A stretch of DNA of 64,000 bases, from positions 1,440,001 to 1,504,000 of the forward strand of contig CAVSTP010000004.1 in assembly GCA_963730935.1 (NCBI GenBank), given 5' to 3'. The translations under genes were made by a program, and so were the position numbers. Numbering within the stretch: the stretch's first letter is position 1; each line of letters opens with the position of its first letter. Shown here piece after piece: positions 42,105 through 51,203 of the stretch. This DNA is from an uncultured Nitrospiraceae bacterium (lineage in GTDB: Bacteria > Nitrospirota > Nitrospiria > Nitrospirales > Nitrospiraceae). The notes under the pieces were generated by a model. It saw only the letters and a list, made by a program, of their open reading frames with translations, was not told where the DNA came from and did not search any database.

Positions 42105-42436
42105 GGAAGTGGATGGCCGCCTGTTGCTCCGCGATGGTAAAACCGCACAGCCTATCGCTCCTTGGCTCCGCAAACTTGGTCCGTCCTAGACTACGTCCGG
42201 ACGGACCTTCGAACACTGCGTCTCGCCATCGCCTGCGGCGACCGCAGCCATAGGCCGTGCACCCATCGCAAGTCGCATGAGGCCACCATCCACCTCCATG
42301 AGCGGACGAGTAAGAACCGGGCGCCCAGATCGACGCCATCCGAAAACATGCAGGCCATGCATCACAATCACAAATCTTCAAGAGACGAGCATCCGCCTTA
42401 GGAGGGAAAAACGAGCAAGCTCGGAAGGAGCATTTG
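42105..42436 (+). repeat. Modular repeat, module A plus core
   Basis: CTTGGCTCCGCAAACTTGGTCCGTCC...GGACCTTCGAACACTGCGTCTCGCCATCGCC...ACGAGCAAGCTCGGAAGGAGCATTT. Confidence 0.88.
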
Positions 42437-42518
42437 ATATGTGAAATTCGAGATCGCGTTTCGCGCGTATTGACATCCTTTCAAGTCCTCAATATCGTCT
42501 CGATGGTTTAAGACTGGA

Positions 42519-44140
42519 GTGAGACACGTGAGTCACCTGTTTGAGATAACTGCCACAATGTTGGCCGGCCTGGGATTGTTCTTTGTCGGCCTGAAGGAGG
42601 TCTCTCGTCAGCTCACCGCCATGGGAGGCTCTCGGCTCCGTGAGATGGTCACCCAGGCAAGCGCCAACTCCGCTGCCGGAGTCGTGTGGGGAATCGTTTC
42701 AGGCTTCTTCACGCAGAGCGGACGGACCACGTCCTATGTGGTGGCGAGCCTCGTTCACACCGGTGTGCTGCCCGTACGCCGCGCGATGCCGGTAGTCCTC
42801 TGGGCCAACACCGGCTGTTCCTTCATCACGGTGGCGGCATTCCTTCCTACCGAATCACTGATCCTCTTGCTGGTCGGCTCGGCGGGGCTGTGTTACGCAT
42901 ACGAGATTCCTTCTCGATGGCGCAACGTGTCGGGCGCACTGTTCTCGCTCGCGCTCATACTTTTAGGGCTCCTCCTGATCAAAAAGGGCTCCTCTGAACT
43001 TCTCACAATCTCCTGGGCTGCGACACTGTTCGAACTCATCGGCGATTCCGGGCTCCTTGCATTTGTCACAGGCGCGCTCCTCACACTGCTTGCCCAGTCG
43101 CACATCGCGATTATCCTCCTCGCGATCGCCATGGCCCAACCTGGCGTCTACGAATCAGAGCATATTTTCATGCAGGTGTACGGCACCTATGCCGGCTCCG
43201 CCGTCCTGACGTATGTGCTTGGGGTGAGCTTCAAGGGCGTCGCACGGCAGGTCGTGATTGCGCAGGCGTTGTATGGCCTCCTGGGAGCGGCGCTCTTCGT
43301 CGGACTGTTCTATACCGAGGAACTGACCGGCATTCCCTTGGTACAGGCGGCAGCCACTCGGGTGTCCGGACAGATCGCCGTCCAGACGGCGTTCGTGGCC
43401 ATCCTGTTCAGTGTGGTCACCTCTGTACTCCTGACGCTAGTGGCGAAGCCGTATCAAGCGTTCATCGCACGCTTCTGGCCATCCACCGAAGAGGATATGC
43501 TCGCGCACACCCGATACATCAATGAGGATGCCCTGAACCAGCCGGAAACAGCCCTCCTCCTCGCCGAAAAGGAGCACCTGCGGCTCGCCAAGCGGTTTCC
43601 GCTGTACCTCGACGCGCTCCGGAGCGACCGATTGGTCAGCGGACAGCCGGACCCATCGCGTCTACCACGCGGCGTTTCTTGGTATCGGCGAGCGCCTCAC
43701 AAACTTTCTGCGCGACGCCTTGCAACGCACCGATTCTGTAGAACTCGCCGAAAGACTGTTGAACCTCCGTAACCGTCAGGAACTGCTTAAAGGCATCGAA
43801 GAGGACCTGCTGCAACAGTACGAAGCGTTGCGCGCCCGGCCGGGTGGCGCCAAGGCCGCTCAACTGTGCGGAGCGATCGTCGAGGTCCTGGATACCATGT
43901 TGCAGACGATGCTTGAGGCAGCCGAAACCGGCGATCACGACGAGCTGGCACTACTCGGCGCCATGACGTCGGACCGGGGCGAGATGATGGAGCGGATTCG
44001 CAAGAAATATCTCGCAACCGAGGAAGAAGTGACGACGGAAGATCGGGCGCTGATTCTCGATGTCACCCATGGATTTCGAGCGAATCGTGTGGTCCCTTGG
44101 GCGGTATGGCGAGCTGCTCGCACGTAGCGCGACACGTTGA
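42519..44140 (+). CDS. Na+/Pi cotransporter family protein with PhoU-like C-terminus; frameshifts near 43659 and 44077
   Basis: LAGLGLFFVG, twin TQS/AQS motifs, WANTG and a helical C-terminus continuing through ORF 43720. Confidence 0.8.
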
Positions 44141-44154
44141 ACGGGCCTCTTCTC

Positions 44155-44320
44155 CCCTAAGAAGGCTTGGCTCCATCGGATCTCCCGATGCCACAGAACG
44201 ATCATCACCACCGCCAAACGATGGAACCCAGACCCATCCCGAGCAACATGCCATAGAATTCTGCCAGCCTCCATAGAACGCCAGCTGTGCTCATGAATAA
44301 GTCTCCTTCTGGCAGGCGGC
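44155..44320 (-). pseudogene. Degenerate 5' fragment of the 38926..39366 gene
   Basis: CCATCGGATCTC.CGA.GCCACA.AA.GATCATCACCAC...CCCAGACCCAT.CC.A.CAACATGCCATA...TTCTGC.AGCCTCCA.AGAACG matches 39228-39390. Confidence 0.85.
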
Positions 44321-44364
44321 AATTCATCCGGAGAGGATCTTCAATGAACGTTCACGGCGGATAC

Positions 44365-44610
44365 TTACCTGGATTGGTCTTGCTTGGATAAAGGATTGCG
44401 TACCGAGGCAGGGTACTGTCCACCATAATCGCACCGCGTTTCATACGCCGTGTCTTTCTTTATTTCATACGTCGCGCACGGCCGCCCATTTTCGTCTTGA
44501 GAATACCCGATCGCTTGCCGCTGTTTTTCGAAGAACTCACACCCGGACAACAAGGCGAGAACGCCGACGTATAAGAGCAGCCAACGGGGGCCATAAGATG
44601 TTAGTCCCAC
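44365..44610 (-). CDS. Small lipoprotein
   Basis: LSGC lipobox. Lies about 20 nt downstream of 44632..45108. Confidence 0.65.
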   Translation of the reverse strand: MGLTSYGPRWLLLYVGVLALLSGCEFFEKQRQAIGYSQDENGRPCATYEIKKDTAYETRCDYGGQYPASVRNPLSKQDQSR

Positions 44611-44631
44611 GATCTAATCAAGCTATGATGA

Positions 44632-45108
44632 CTATGCCTGTAAGTCTTTATCCCGCTTTAGCGGGGCTAATCCGACCGCATTGACAAAGTCCTTATACCA
44701 TTCGCTGGAGTATACATAGGTGTGAATTAAACCTTCGAATAAATAGCTAACCTCAACATACGCAATCATCCCAATGTATTGCGTGAAGGCTTCGATTTTA
44801 GCGGTATGAGTACGCCGCACTTGAGACGAGGCCTGAAAGACCTCATCGTAAGTGAGCGTCGATCGATGTAAATACATTGTCTTTGTGTCAAAGGACTTAG
44901 CAATTGATAGGAAGCTTTCCCAACGCGGGTCTTCGTCACGATCCCAGGCAGCTTTTGGAAAGCCTTTGTCCTCAATAGTGCCGTAAAAAATCGTAAAATG
45001 ATGCGTCTTGCAGTACGACTCTATCTCCTCAAAAACATCATAAGTCGTGTCCCCTCGCTTGCGTTTCGTCTCCGTCGTCAACCCGCCATGGTTTGATTCT
45101 GGGTTCAT
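44632..45108 (-). CDS. Hypothetical protein (candidate WYL-regulated)
   Basis: 158 aa, GGAGG RBS, AT-richer than flanks, upstream palindromic promoter. Confidence 0.75.
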   Translation of the reverse strand: MNPESNHGGLTTETKRKRGDTTYDVFEEIESYCKTHHFTIFYGTIEDKGFPKAAWDRDEDPRWESFLSIAKSFDTKTMYLHRSTLTYDEVFQASSQVRRTHTAKIEAFTQYIGMIAYVEVSYLFEGLIHTYVYSSEWYKDFVNAVGLAPLKRDKDLQA

Positions 45109-45141
45109 ATACCCTCCACAACCCTAACATTTGCCGTCGGC

Positions 45142-45175
45142 ATCGTAGCAGGAGAGTGTGACAAATAAGGTCACA
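45142..45175 (-). promoter_or_regulatory. Putative WYL-regulator operator/promoter, copy 3
   Basis: Minus strand TGTGACC-TTATT-TGTCAC-ACTCTCCTGC-TACGAT. The -10 box ends 33 nt before the ATG. Confidence 0.75.
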
Positions 45176-45600
45176 TCCTTAAAGTATTTGTGGATCGCGC
45201 AGAAAAATCCAATATTGTAGTGTTTCGCACGGAAAGCAGAATATCCGCATTTGCCTACTGGCAATCTATCTTCCCATCCCTACCCTCACAAGCTTAGGAG
45301 CGATCTTCAAATCGTCCAAACCTCAGGCCGAAGGTTCCTGACACCTCTTCCCACCCACCTTTCCCACCTTCAGACCCAGAACGAGTGCCTGTGTGACCGA
45401 ATGTGAATGGGCTCAAGCGAAATTGAAAGCCCATAGTTGTCACCGGCACCGATGGGATGGGTATTGGCGTCAGATTCTTTCGGCCGCTCAATCAGTTCTA
45501 AAGGGTTGTCCAGGCGATCTTAAGCGTCAAGAAAAGACTCCCGACCCCGATGATGCCCACTTATCGTAGCAGTTACAGGCAAGTCAACTTTGCTGGTGCC

Positions 45601-47304
45601 TCAGCAATTGTCATCAAGTCCAACATGTCGGAGGATATCCTCCTTCGCAGCTTGGTAACTAGTATGGCCGTCAAGGAGGTGACATACATTGACATTCTCA
45701 ACGCCTTGGACATGAATGGGGTGAAGTCCAGCTATGTCCTTGAATTCTAGTTCTGCAGTCCGGTACATGTAACCTAGGACCCAGTCCTTGGGGCAATACG
45801 CGTTGACGAGGCGACCTGCCACTATATTTCGGACTTGTTCCCACCGAGCCGCATCAGCCGAAAAGGCGCCTCCCATTAGAAGCACATGGTCAATTAGTCC
45901 TTTGGAGGGATCTCCGCTTTTTGCCAGATGCTCGAGTGCGTGAAATATCAGTCTAGCACCGAGTGAGAAGCCAATTAATGTGATCGGTCGCTTACCATGC
46001 TGCGCTGTTGCTAGGTGTTCAGCCAAAATTTTTGCTGCCTTCTCGGAACGATCACGTGCAACGGACCATGGACTGTCAATAATATTCGCCAAGCTCAAAA
46101 TTGCGGTAGGCCACGCGAACCTTCGTGCGGCTATGCGACAAGCATGACGAGCAAAGACATGAACTCCCATCAGGCCAGCACTCTGAAAGCCAAACATGCA
46201 CAGTGCTTTCCCGAGATCGAAAAGGTGCTGCGACTCCCAAATTAAGGCGTGGTGCTCACCATGTCCTGTAACCGTAGGAAGGTGACTCCAGGTTTCGACG
46301 GGATTGCTGCGTTCTGAGAAAAATCCAGACACAGCCAGAAAACAGTGCATCCCTTGACCATTGAGGTGCGCGTAACGGTACTCATCAACTTTGCCTACGC
46401 GGGAGGCTACCTTCTTGCCTACTAAGCCTCCGCCAGTGAGTCCAAGTGCCGCCGCTACTGTGGCAGTCCCTCCGGCCATCCCAGCTCCCCCGGCGGCTAC
46501 TGCGCCGCCGCCAAGTGTTGCTAAGCCCGCGCTCGTCGCTGCGGCGCCACTCAGTCCCAAGAAAAAGGTGCCGATTGCTCCACCAATTGCAGGCGCCGCG
46601 ATTGGTGTTAGTAGTACGGCACCGACTGCAGCGGCCGTGGCACCAGCGACAATTTTCCATCGTCGCTCCCGTTTTTGTTCATCGGATTCATTCTGCGTAT
46701 AAGTGGCAGGGGTTGTGCGTAGCTCTCGCGCCAGCTGGTCTTCAAGAGCTGTGATTTGGTTCCAAGGAATGCCGAACATCATCGCTACATACCGGAAGCC
46801 TTCCCGTTCGCGCGCATCATACTTGCCATCTGCCACGGTGGCGGTCAGCAGGTAAGAGAGAACTGTTGACCGGACCTTCTTACTTCTGACGGCCTTCCCG
46901 AACTTCGCTGGATCGGGTTGTTCTGCAACGAGTTGTAAGAGTTTGCCCTGGCTTGCCTTCGATAGCTTGAGATGTTCATACATGCGCCTGAGAAGACTCT
47001 GATCCATGAGCCCTGCCCTAGCGGACAGAGTGGTGAGTAGTGCCGCAACGTTGAAGCGGTCCTTGTCGGAAACATGTTGAAAGAGCAGTTTGTCTTTAGT
47101 GGCGTCTTCTTTTTTCACCTTGAAGCGAAGTCGGCGATCCGATTGCATCGTTCCGGCTTTCCCTTTTAGATTTCTACCGGTAGCATTCTTCTTCGCCTTT
47201 GCCCGCGGTTCTCGTTGACGTCTTTGACTTCGCGAAGAACCTTTTTGGATCGGCCTGCGAGATTTAGACCGTCCAGATGTATGTCTCGCCAACGACTTGC
47301 GCAA
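45601..47304 (-). CDS. DUF726/TMCO4-like alpha/beta hydrolase with N-terminal TerB-like region
   Basis: ADGKYDARERE TerB-like motif, Gly/Ala-rich hydrophobic tract, IDSPWSVARDRS, RPITLIGFSLGAR, GRLVNAY...DWVL and GHTSY. Start uncertain. Confidence 0.82.
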   Translation of the reverse strand: MRKSLARHTSGRSKSRRPIQKGSSRSQRRQREPRAKAKKNATGRNLKGKAGTMQSDRRLRFKVKKEDATKDKLLFQHVSDKDRFNVAALLTTLSARAGLMDQSLLRRMYEHLKLSKASQGKLLQLVAEQPDPAKFGKAVRSKKVRSTVLSYLLTATVADGKYDAREREGFRYVAMMFGIPWNQITALEDQLARELRTTPATYTQNESDEQKRERRWKIVAGATAAAVGAVLLTPIAAPAIGGAIGTFFLGLSGAAATSAGLATLGGGAVAAGGAGMAGGTATVAAALGLTGGGLVGKKVASRVGKVDEYRYAHLNGQGMHCFLAVSGFFSERSNPVETWSHLPTVTGHGEHHALIWESQHLFDLGKALCMFGFQSAGLMGVHVFARHACRIAARRFAWPTAILSLANIIDSPWSVARDRSEKAAKILAEHLATAQHGKRPITLIGFSLGARLIFHALEHLAKSGDPSKGLIDHVLLMGGAFSADAARWEQVRNIVAGRLVNAYCPKDWVLGYMYRTAELEFKDIAGLHPIHVQGVENVNVCHLLDGHTSYQAAKEDILRHVGLDDNC

Positions 47305-47452
47305 TTAGGTCTTCCGCCTTCTCATAACAACGTCCGCCTGTCTGAAACTGTCTGGAATCTTTTATAATGGAAGCGCTAGCTGGAACGCCATGAGCCAAAG
47401 TGGCCGCAGCTTCACGAGCTTTTCGGTCGTCTCTAAATGATTATTCTGGAAC

Positions 47453-47806
47453 TTATCCCGTCGCTCTTTTCACCATCGGAGAGCACGCTAACCATATGTC
47501 TGCAATTGCTCGAACAATGGATTTTTCTCCCACGGTTGGACACGTGTCATATGGAAACGAGCAGCCTATCTGAAATTCCAAATTTGACCGTCGATGAGTG
47601 AGAGCCTCGTACGCCGCCTTGACCCACTCCGCTTGTCGCTTTGTTGGGCCGCGATATCGGCTTGAAGCAGGGAGAGCCGTTCGAGCATCAAACACTAACT
47701 GGCAATCCGGCACACCGTGCGAACGTCGACTCGAAAAGTGTCGCTGAAGCACGATAATTTGTGGAGCGTATCCTTTTACTCTTTTCAGTGCTCGAATGTT
47801 TCGCAT
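47453..47806 (-). CDS. Hypothetical protein, probably the C-terminal remnant of a longer gene
   Basis: 117-aa ORF with no clear RBS and only short ORFs between it and the upstream promoter motif. Confidence 0.45.
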   Translation of the reverse strand: MRNIRALKRVKGYAPQIIVLQRHFSSRRSHGVPDCQLVFDARTALPASSRYRGPTKRQAEWVKAAYEALTHRRSNLEFQIGCSFPYDTCPTVGEKSIVRAIADIWLACSPMVKRATG

Positions 47807-47943
47807 GATTTCGTTTTACCTCTGTACAATCTGCCGGCTTAGGCGACTTGCACCGTTCCGATATGGCGATGCCCAGTCAGCGTTGGCTCAAACGCATACC
47901 GATTTTCGCTGGACAAAGCAATCTTTCAGAAGCTCTTGAGACG

Positions 47944-47977
47944 AGTGTACTCTTCGCGTGTGACAGAACAGGTCACA
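47944..47977 (-). promoter_or_regulatory. Putative WYL-regulator operator/promoter, copy 2
   Basis: Minus strand TGTGACC-TGTTC-TGTCAC-ACGCGAAGAG-TACACT. A one-mismatch extra site lies at 48051-48068. Confidence 0.75.
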
Positions 47978-48145
47978 GGCTGGAAAGGGAAAGTGTGTGC
48001 GGGGTTTCCGGTTAGTTAGAGAAGCCGCACGAAGAGGAAACTTAATTATCTGTCACATCCAGGGTCACGAGTCGAGCTGAGTCAGAGCGACGGCGGCGCA
48101 GGCTCCGGAGGGTATTCACAGCCGGCTATATAAGCTCGCTCTCCC

Positions 48146-49213
48146 CTACCCCGACTGTTGAATGGCGGAGAGGAGCCATTTGCCCTGCTGGTGCCGCATG
48201 AAGGTCCAGAGTTCCGTCGTGTCGGTGGGGCTCTGGTCGCTCCCCTCGATGAGATACCCCGGCTGTCCCGGCTGCTTGCTGGTGGACACCGTGTAGTCCC
48301 GCGCCGTCCATTGGAGTTTGGCCGTGGCGTAGTCCGTCCCCTCTTCCGTCCAAGATTCCTCGAGATCGGCTCTCGTGAGGACCACGTCTTCGACGTGATT
48401 TTCGACTTCCTGACTCGCCTGCTCGGCGAGGGCGGTGCTGAAGTAGGCCAGCATTTCAGGCGTGACGAACCGCCGCAAGGCGGCGAGGTCCTGCTTGCTC
48501 CAGGCGGTTTGAATGTCGATCAAGAGTTGCTGGAAGGCCGCCTTATCCCCCGCCGTGACCTCGCTCTCGACGGTCGCGGTCCGGAAAGGCGCGGCCGAAG
48601 AAGATGCAAAAGAAGATCCAATGGAAGAGGCGTCCAACAGGGACCGGGGCGCGTCCGTCCCCCGGTTCATCCCGGCGAACGCGGGCACGGGCTTGCGCCG
48701 GCGGGAAAAGTAATAGAGCACCCCGCCCGCCACGACCATAAGAAGGAGCATATCCACCGTGTTGAATCCGCTCGCATGGCTCGCCGCGCCGGCCTCCCCG
48801 TCCTCGCTGGTCTTGGCGGTACTGTCGGTGGCGCCGAAGAGCATATGGCCGATCCACGAGCCGGCGAGGCCGGCTGCGATGCCGGTCAATATGGGATGCC
48901 GCTGGATAAGAGACGGATTACTCTGGGCCGTCGGGGCCGGACTGGCTGTTGTTGGTGGCGGCGTGGCCGCCGGCGTCTTGGGCGCGGTCGATTGCTCGAT
49001 CGGCTTCCCGGAGTTTTGATCGTAGGTGCGTGACCCGCGGCTGCCCATGCTGCCCGATCCGCCGCCGCGGGAGCCGCCCGAAAACCCGCCTCCGCCCCCT
49101 CGCGCCTTGGCAAAGGAGACGGTCGGCACGCCGATGAGCGCACAGACGATGCAGGAGGCGATCAGTTTCTTGGTAATCACGAGCGATGTCCTTTCGGTTG
49201 CGGTCGTCGACAC
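48146..49213 (-). CDS. Tim44/TimA-domain putative adaptor protein
   Basis: AKARGG..SGSMGSRGSRTY, GLAGSWIGHML, IQTAWS..DL..LRRFVTPEM and ELWTF...W.LSAIQQ. Confidence 0.9.
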   Translation of the reverse strand: MSTTATERTSLVITKKLIASCIVCALIGVPTVSFAKARGGGGGFSGGSRGGGSGSMGSRGSRTYDQNSGKPIEQSTAPKTPAATPPPTTASPAPTAQSNPSLIQRHPILTGIAAGLAGSWIGHMLFGATDSTAKTSEDGEAGAASHASGFNTVDMLLLMVVAGGVLYYFSRRRKPVPAFAGMNRGTDAPRSLLDASSIGSSFASSSAAPFRTATVESEVTAGDKAAFQQLLIDIQTAWSKQDLAALRRFVTPEMLAYFSTALAEQASQEVENHVEDVVLTRADLEESWTEEGTDYATAKLQWTARDYTVSTSKQPGQPGYLIEGSDQSPTDTTELWTFMRHQQGKWLLSAIQQSG

Positions 49214-49555
49214 GGCAACTGTCCTCCATCATCCTAACAGGTATGGGCGAGAGAAACCGAAGATTCGAAGGCCGTTCGACTCGCGCCGGCCGGGTCACTT
49301 CCAGGTCGAATTCATCCGATGCTTCCCACGCCGGCGGCCAACCAGCGCAATCGCAGGCAGGCCCTGATCGCCGCCCTCTTGGTGGCCTGGGCTGCCTGCT
49401 TGTTGGGCTAGACCTTTGCATCCTTCTAGACCCTGCTCGCGCTCAGTCCCTACAGTTATTGGCCGGTGCCCCGCCGGGAAGCGCTATGAAGACTGTTGCC
49501 GGTCGAAGTCCGGCGCCACGGCCGGGCGCGGAGCTTAAGCGGCGCTTCGATTGCG

Positions 49556-49762
49556 TCAGTAGGGCCGCCGGTTGTATTTGCGGTCGAACTCCTGCTGATC
49601 CAGCTGCTTTCTCATATGCTCAACGTCCAACTGCTGCTGCCGCTCGCGGAAGTAGTCGAACTTCTGCTGTTGCGGCGACCGATTCAGAGAGTCCTTGGCG
49701 ATCGCGGTGACGGCGCTATCGAAGCAGATTCCGAGCAAGATACCGATTAAAAACCCTCGCAT
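49556..49762 (-). CDS. Small exported hypothetical protein
   Basis: AGGAGG RBS, signal peptide and Q-rich helix. Confidence 0.7.
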   Translation of the reverse strand: MRGFLIGILLGICFDSAVTAIAKDSLNRSPQQQKFDYFRERQQQLDVEHMRKQLDQQEFDRKYNRRPY

Positions 49763-50010
49763 GGTGGCCTCCTGCCTGGGCATGTTCTCATGGCGATCAT
49801 CGGCCCTGAATGTTCCACCCTTTGCCGTATGGATTGTTCGGCTTGCGTCACTTGTGGTGGAGCGACGGCTGGAGGGGTGGCGCTTTGTGGAGTATTGGCC
49901 ACCTCTGCCGGCGTGTCCCCACTACCACTCGCACAACCTGAGACTAGCAATAGCAGCCCATAGCATCATTCGCATACATCACCCCACTCCTATGATTTAA
50001 CATTGGCATC

Positions 50011-50445
50011 TTACCGACCCCCTTCAATCCTCCATCCCTTCCCATACGGATTATTCGGGAATCGGGTTTGAACGGACTCCCGGCGCCGAATTGGTTATTG
50101 AGCGAGTCCGGCGAAAACGGCGATCCATAGCGGCCAAACTGGTTCGACGTCGAGTCCGCGATCGTAGGGATTGGCGCTCAGCTTGCCGCGGTAGTTGCCC
50201 TGCTGGTCGTACAGCCTCGGCGCGTCCGTCGCAAACGGGTTGGTCGCCGATGTATTGCTGAACGGACTGCCGTATGGACTGAAGGAGTTGTTGATGCCGT
50301 TGGGCGCGAAGGGGCTCCCCTTCCCGAACGGATTGCTGCTGGATTCGAAATCGAACGGATTGGCGCTGAGGTTGCCGAGGTCTTCGGCTTCGGCGTGGAC
50401 CGGAGCCATCAACAGAGCTGTCAGTAGGATCGATGCAGCGTTCAT
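50011..50445 (-). CDS. Secreted N/P/S/G-rich repeat protein; two compensating frameshifts near 50160 and 50058
   Basis: Signal peptide and two GxLSANPxD...SxxNxFGxxGSPF repeats. The corrected end reads SPNNPYGKGWRIEGGR*. ATGA overlap with the vWA gene. Confidence 0.75.
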
Positions 50446-51122
50446 GGTCGTCCCCCTTTCCCCTCCGCCTCGTTGCTCCCACTGTCCAATAGTGGCTTTT
50501 GAAGCGGGCGGAACGCTGTCTCTGAATGCCTCATCCCCCTCCGATAGCTCGCATTCATGTTGGATAGTTCATTGAACGTTTGGCCTATGTCGCTCTTCGA
50601 GAACGCCACTCGGCATTCCGACGCGATGCCTAAATCCTCGCCCGCCACCCAAACGTCGTGATCCGCTCCGAGATAGACGAACCGCCAGCCCTCCTTCTCG
50701 CATTCCTTGATAAGCGCAAAGATCTGTTTCCTGGTGTAGTCCTTCGAGGCATTCTCCAGACCGTCGGTCAGGATCACGCAGAGCTTCTTGAAGCCCTCCG
50801 GGGACTCCTGCCTGGCGGCGGTCAGCGTTTGGCCGATTGCGTCGTAGAGCGGCGTCGTGTCCTGCGGACGGTAGGTTTCGACGTCTAGCTCGGGGACCGT
50901 GGAGACTGGCACGCCGCGATAATGGACTTCTGTCCTGTGCGAGTTGAACAGGGTGAGCGTGAACCAGGTCGCAGCTGGCTCGTCCTTGAGCGACTTCACG
51001 TACTGATTGAAGCCCGTGATCGCCGCGCGTTTGCACGATTGCATTGAGCCGCTTTCATCGAGAATGAGCGTGACGTAGAGCGGTTGAGGTGCATTCTCTG
51101 AGATTCCGTCGTGTGCTTTCAT
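50442..51122 (-). CDS. Stand-alone von Willebrand factor A (vWA) domain protein
   Basis: MIDAS DESGSM, TPLYDAIG, ILTDGLENAS and GWRFVYLGA. Confidence 0.92.
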   Translation of the reverse strand: MKAHDGISENAPQPLYVTLILDESGSMQSCKRAAITGFNQYVKSLKDEPAATWFTLTLFNSHRTEVHYRGVPVSTVPELDVETYRPQDTTPLYDAIGQTLTAARQESPEGFKKLCVILTDGLENASKDYTRKQIFALIKECEKEGWRFVYLGADHDVWVAGEDLGIASECRVAFSKSDIGQTFNELSNMNASYRRGMRHSETAFRPLQKPLLDSGSNEAEGKGGRP

Positions 51123-51155
51123 GCTCGCCTCCTGGTTGAGTGTTTGAATGGAGGC

Positions 51156-51189
51156 ATTTTATAGAAGCGGTGTGACACGTGAGGTCACG
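51156..51189 (-). promoter_or_regulatory. Putative WYL-regulator operator/promoter, copy 1
   Basis: Minus strand CGTGACC-TCACG-TGTCAC-ACCGCTTCTA-TAAAAT. The -10 box ends 33 nt before the vWA ATG. Confidence 0.78.
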
Positions 51190-51203
51190 CTCAGAGGAAA
51201 AAA

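Noticed and set aside
45157..51189. TGTGA...TCACA palindromes as CRP/FNR sites
   Set aside because: The spacing is TGTGA-N9-TCACA, not the N6 required for CRP-family boxes. The fixed 10-nt distance to the -10 box fits WYL activators better.
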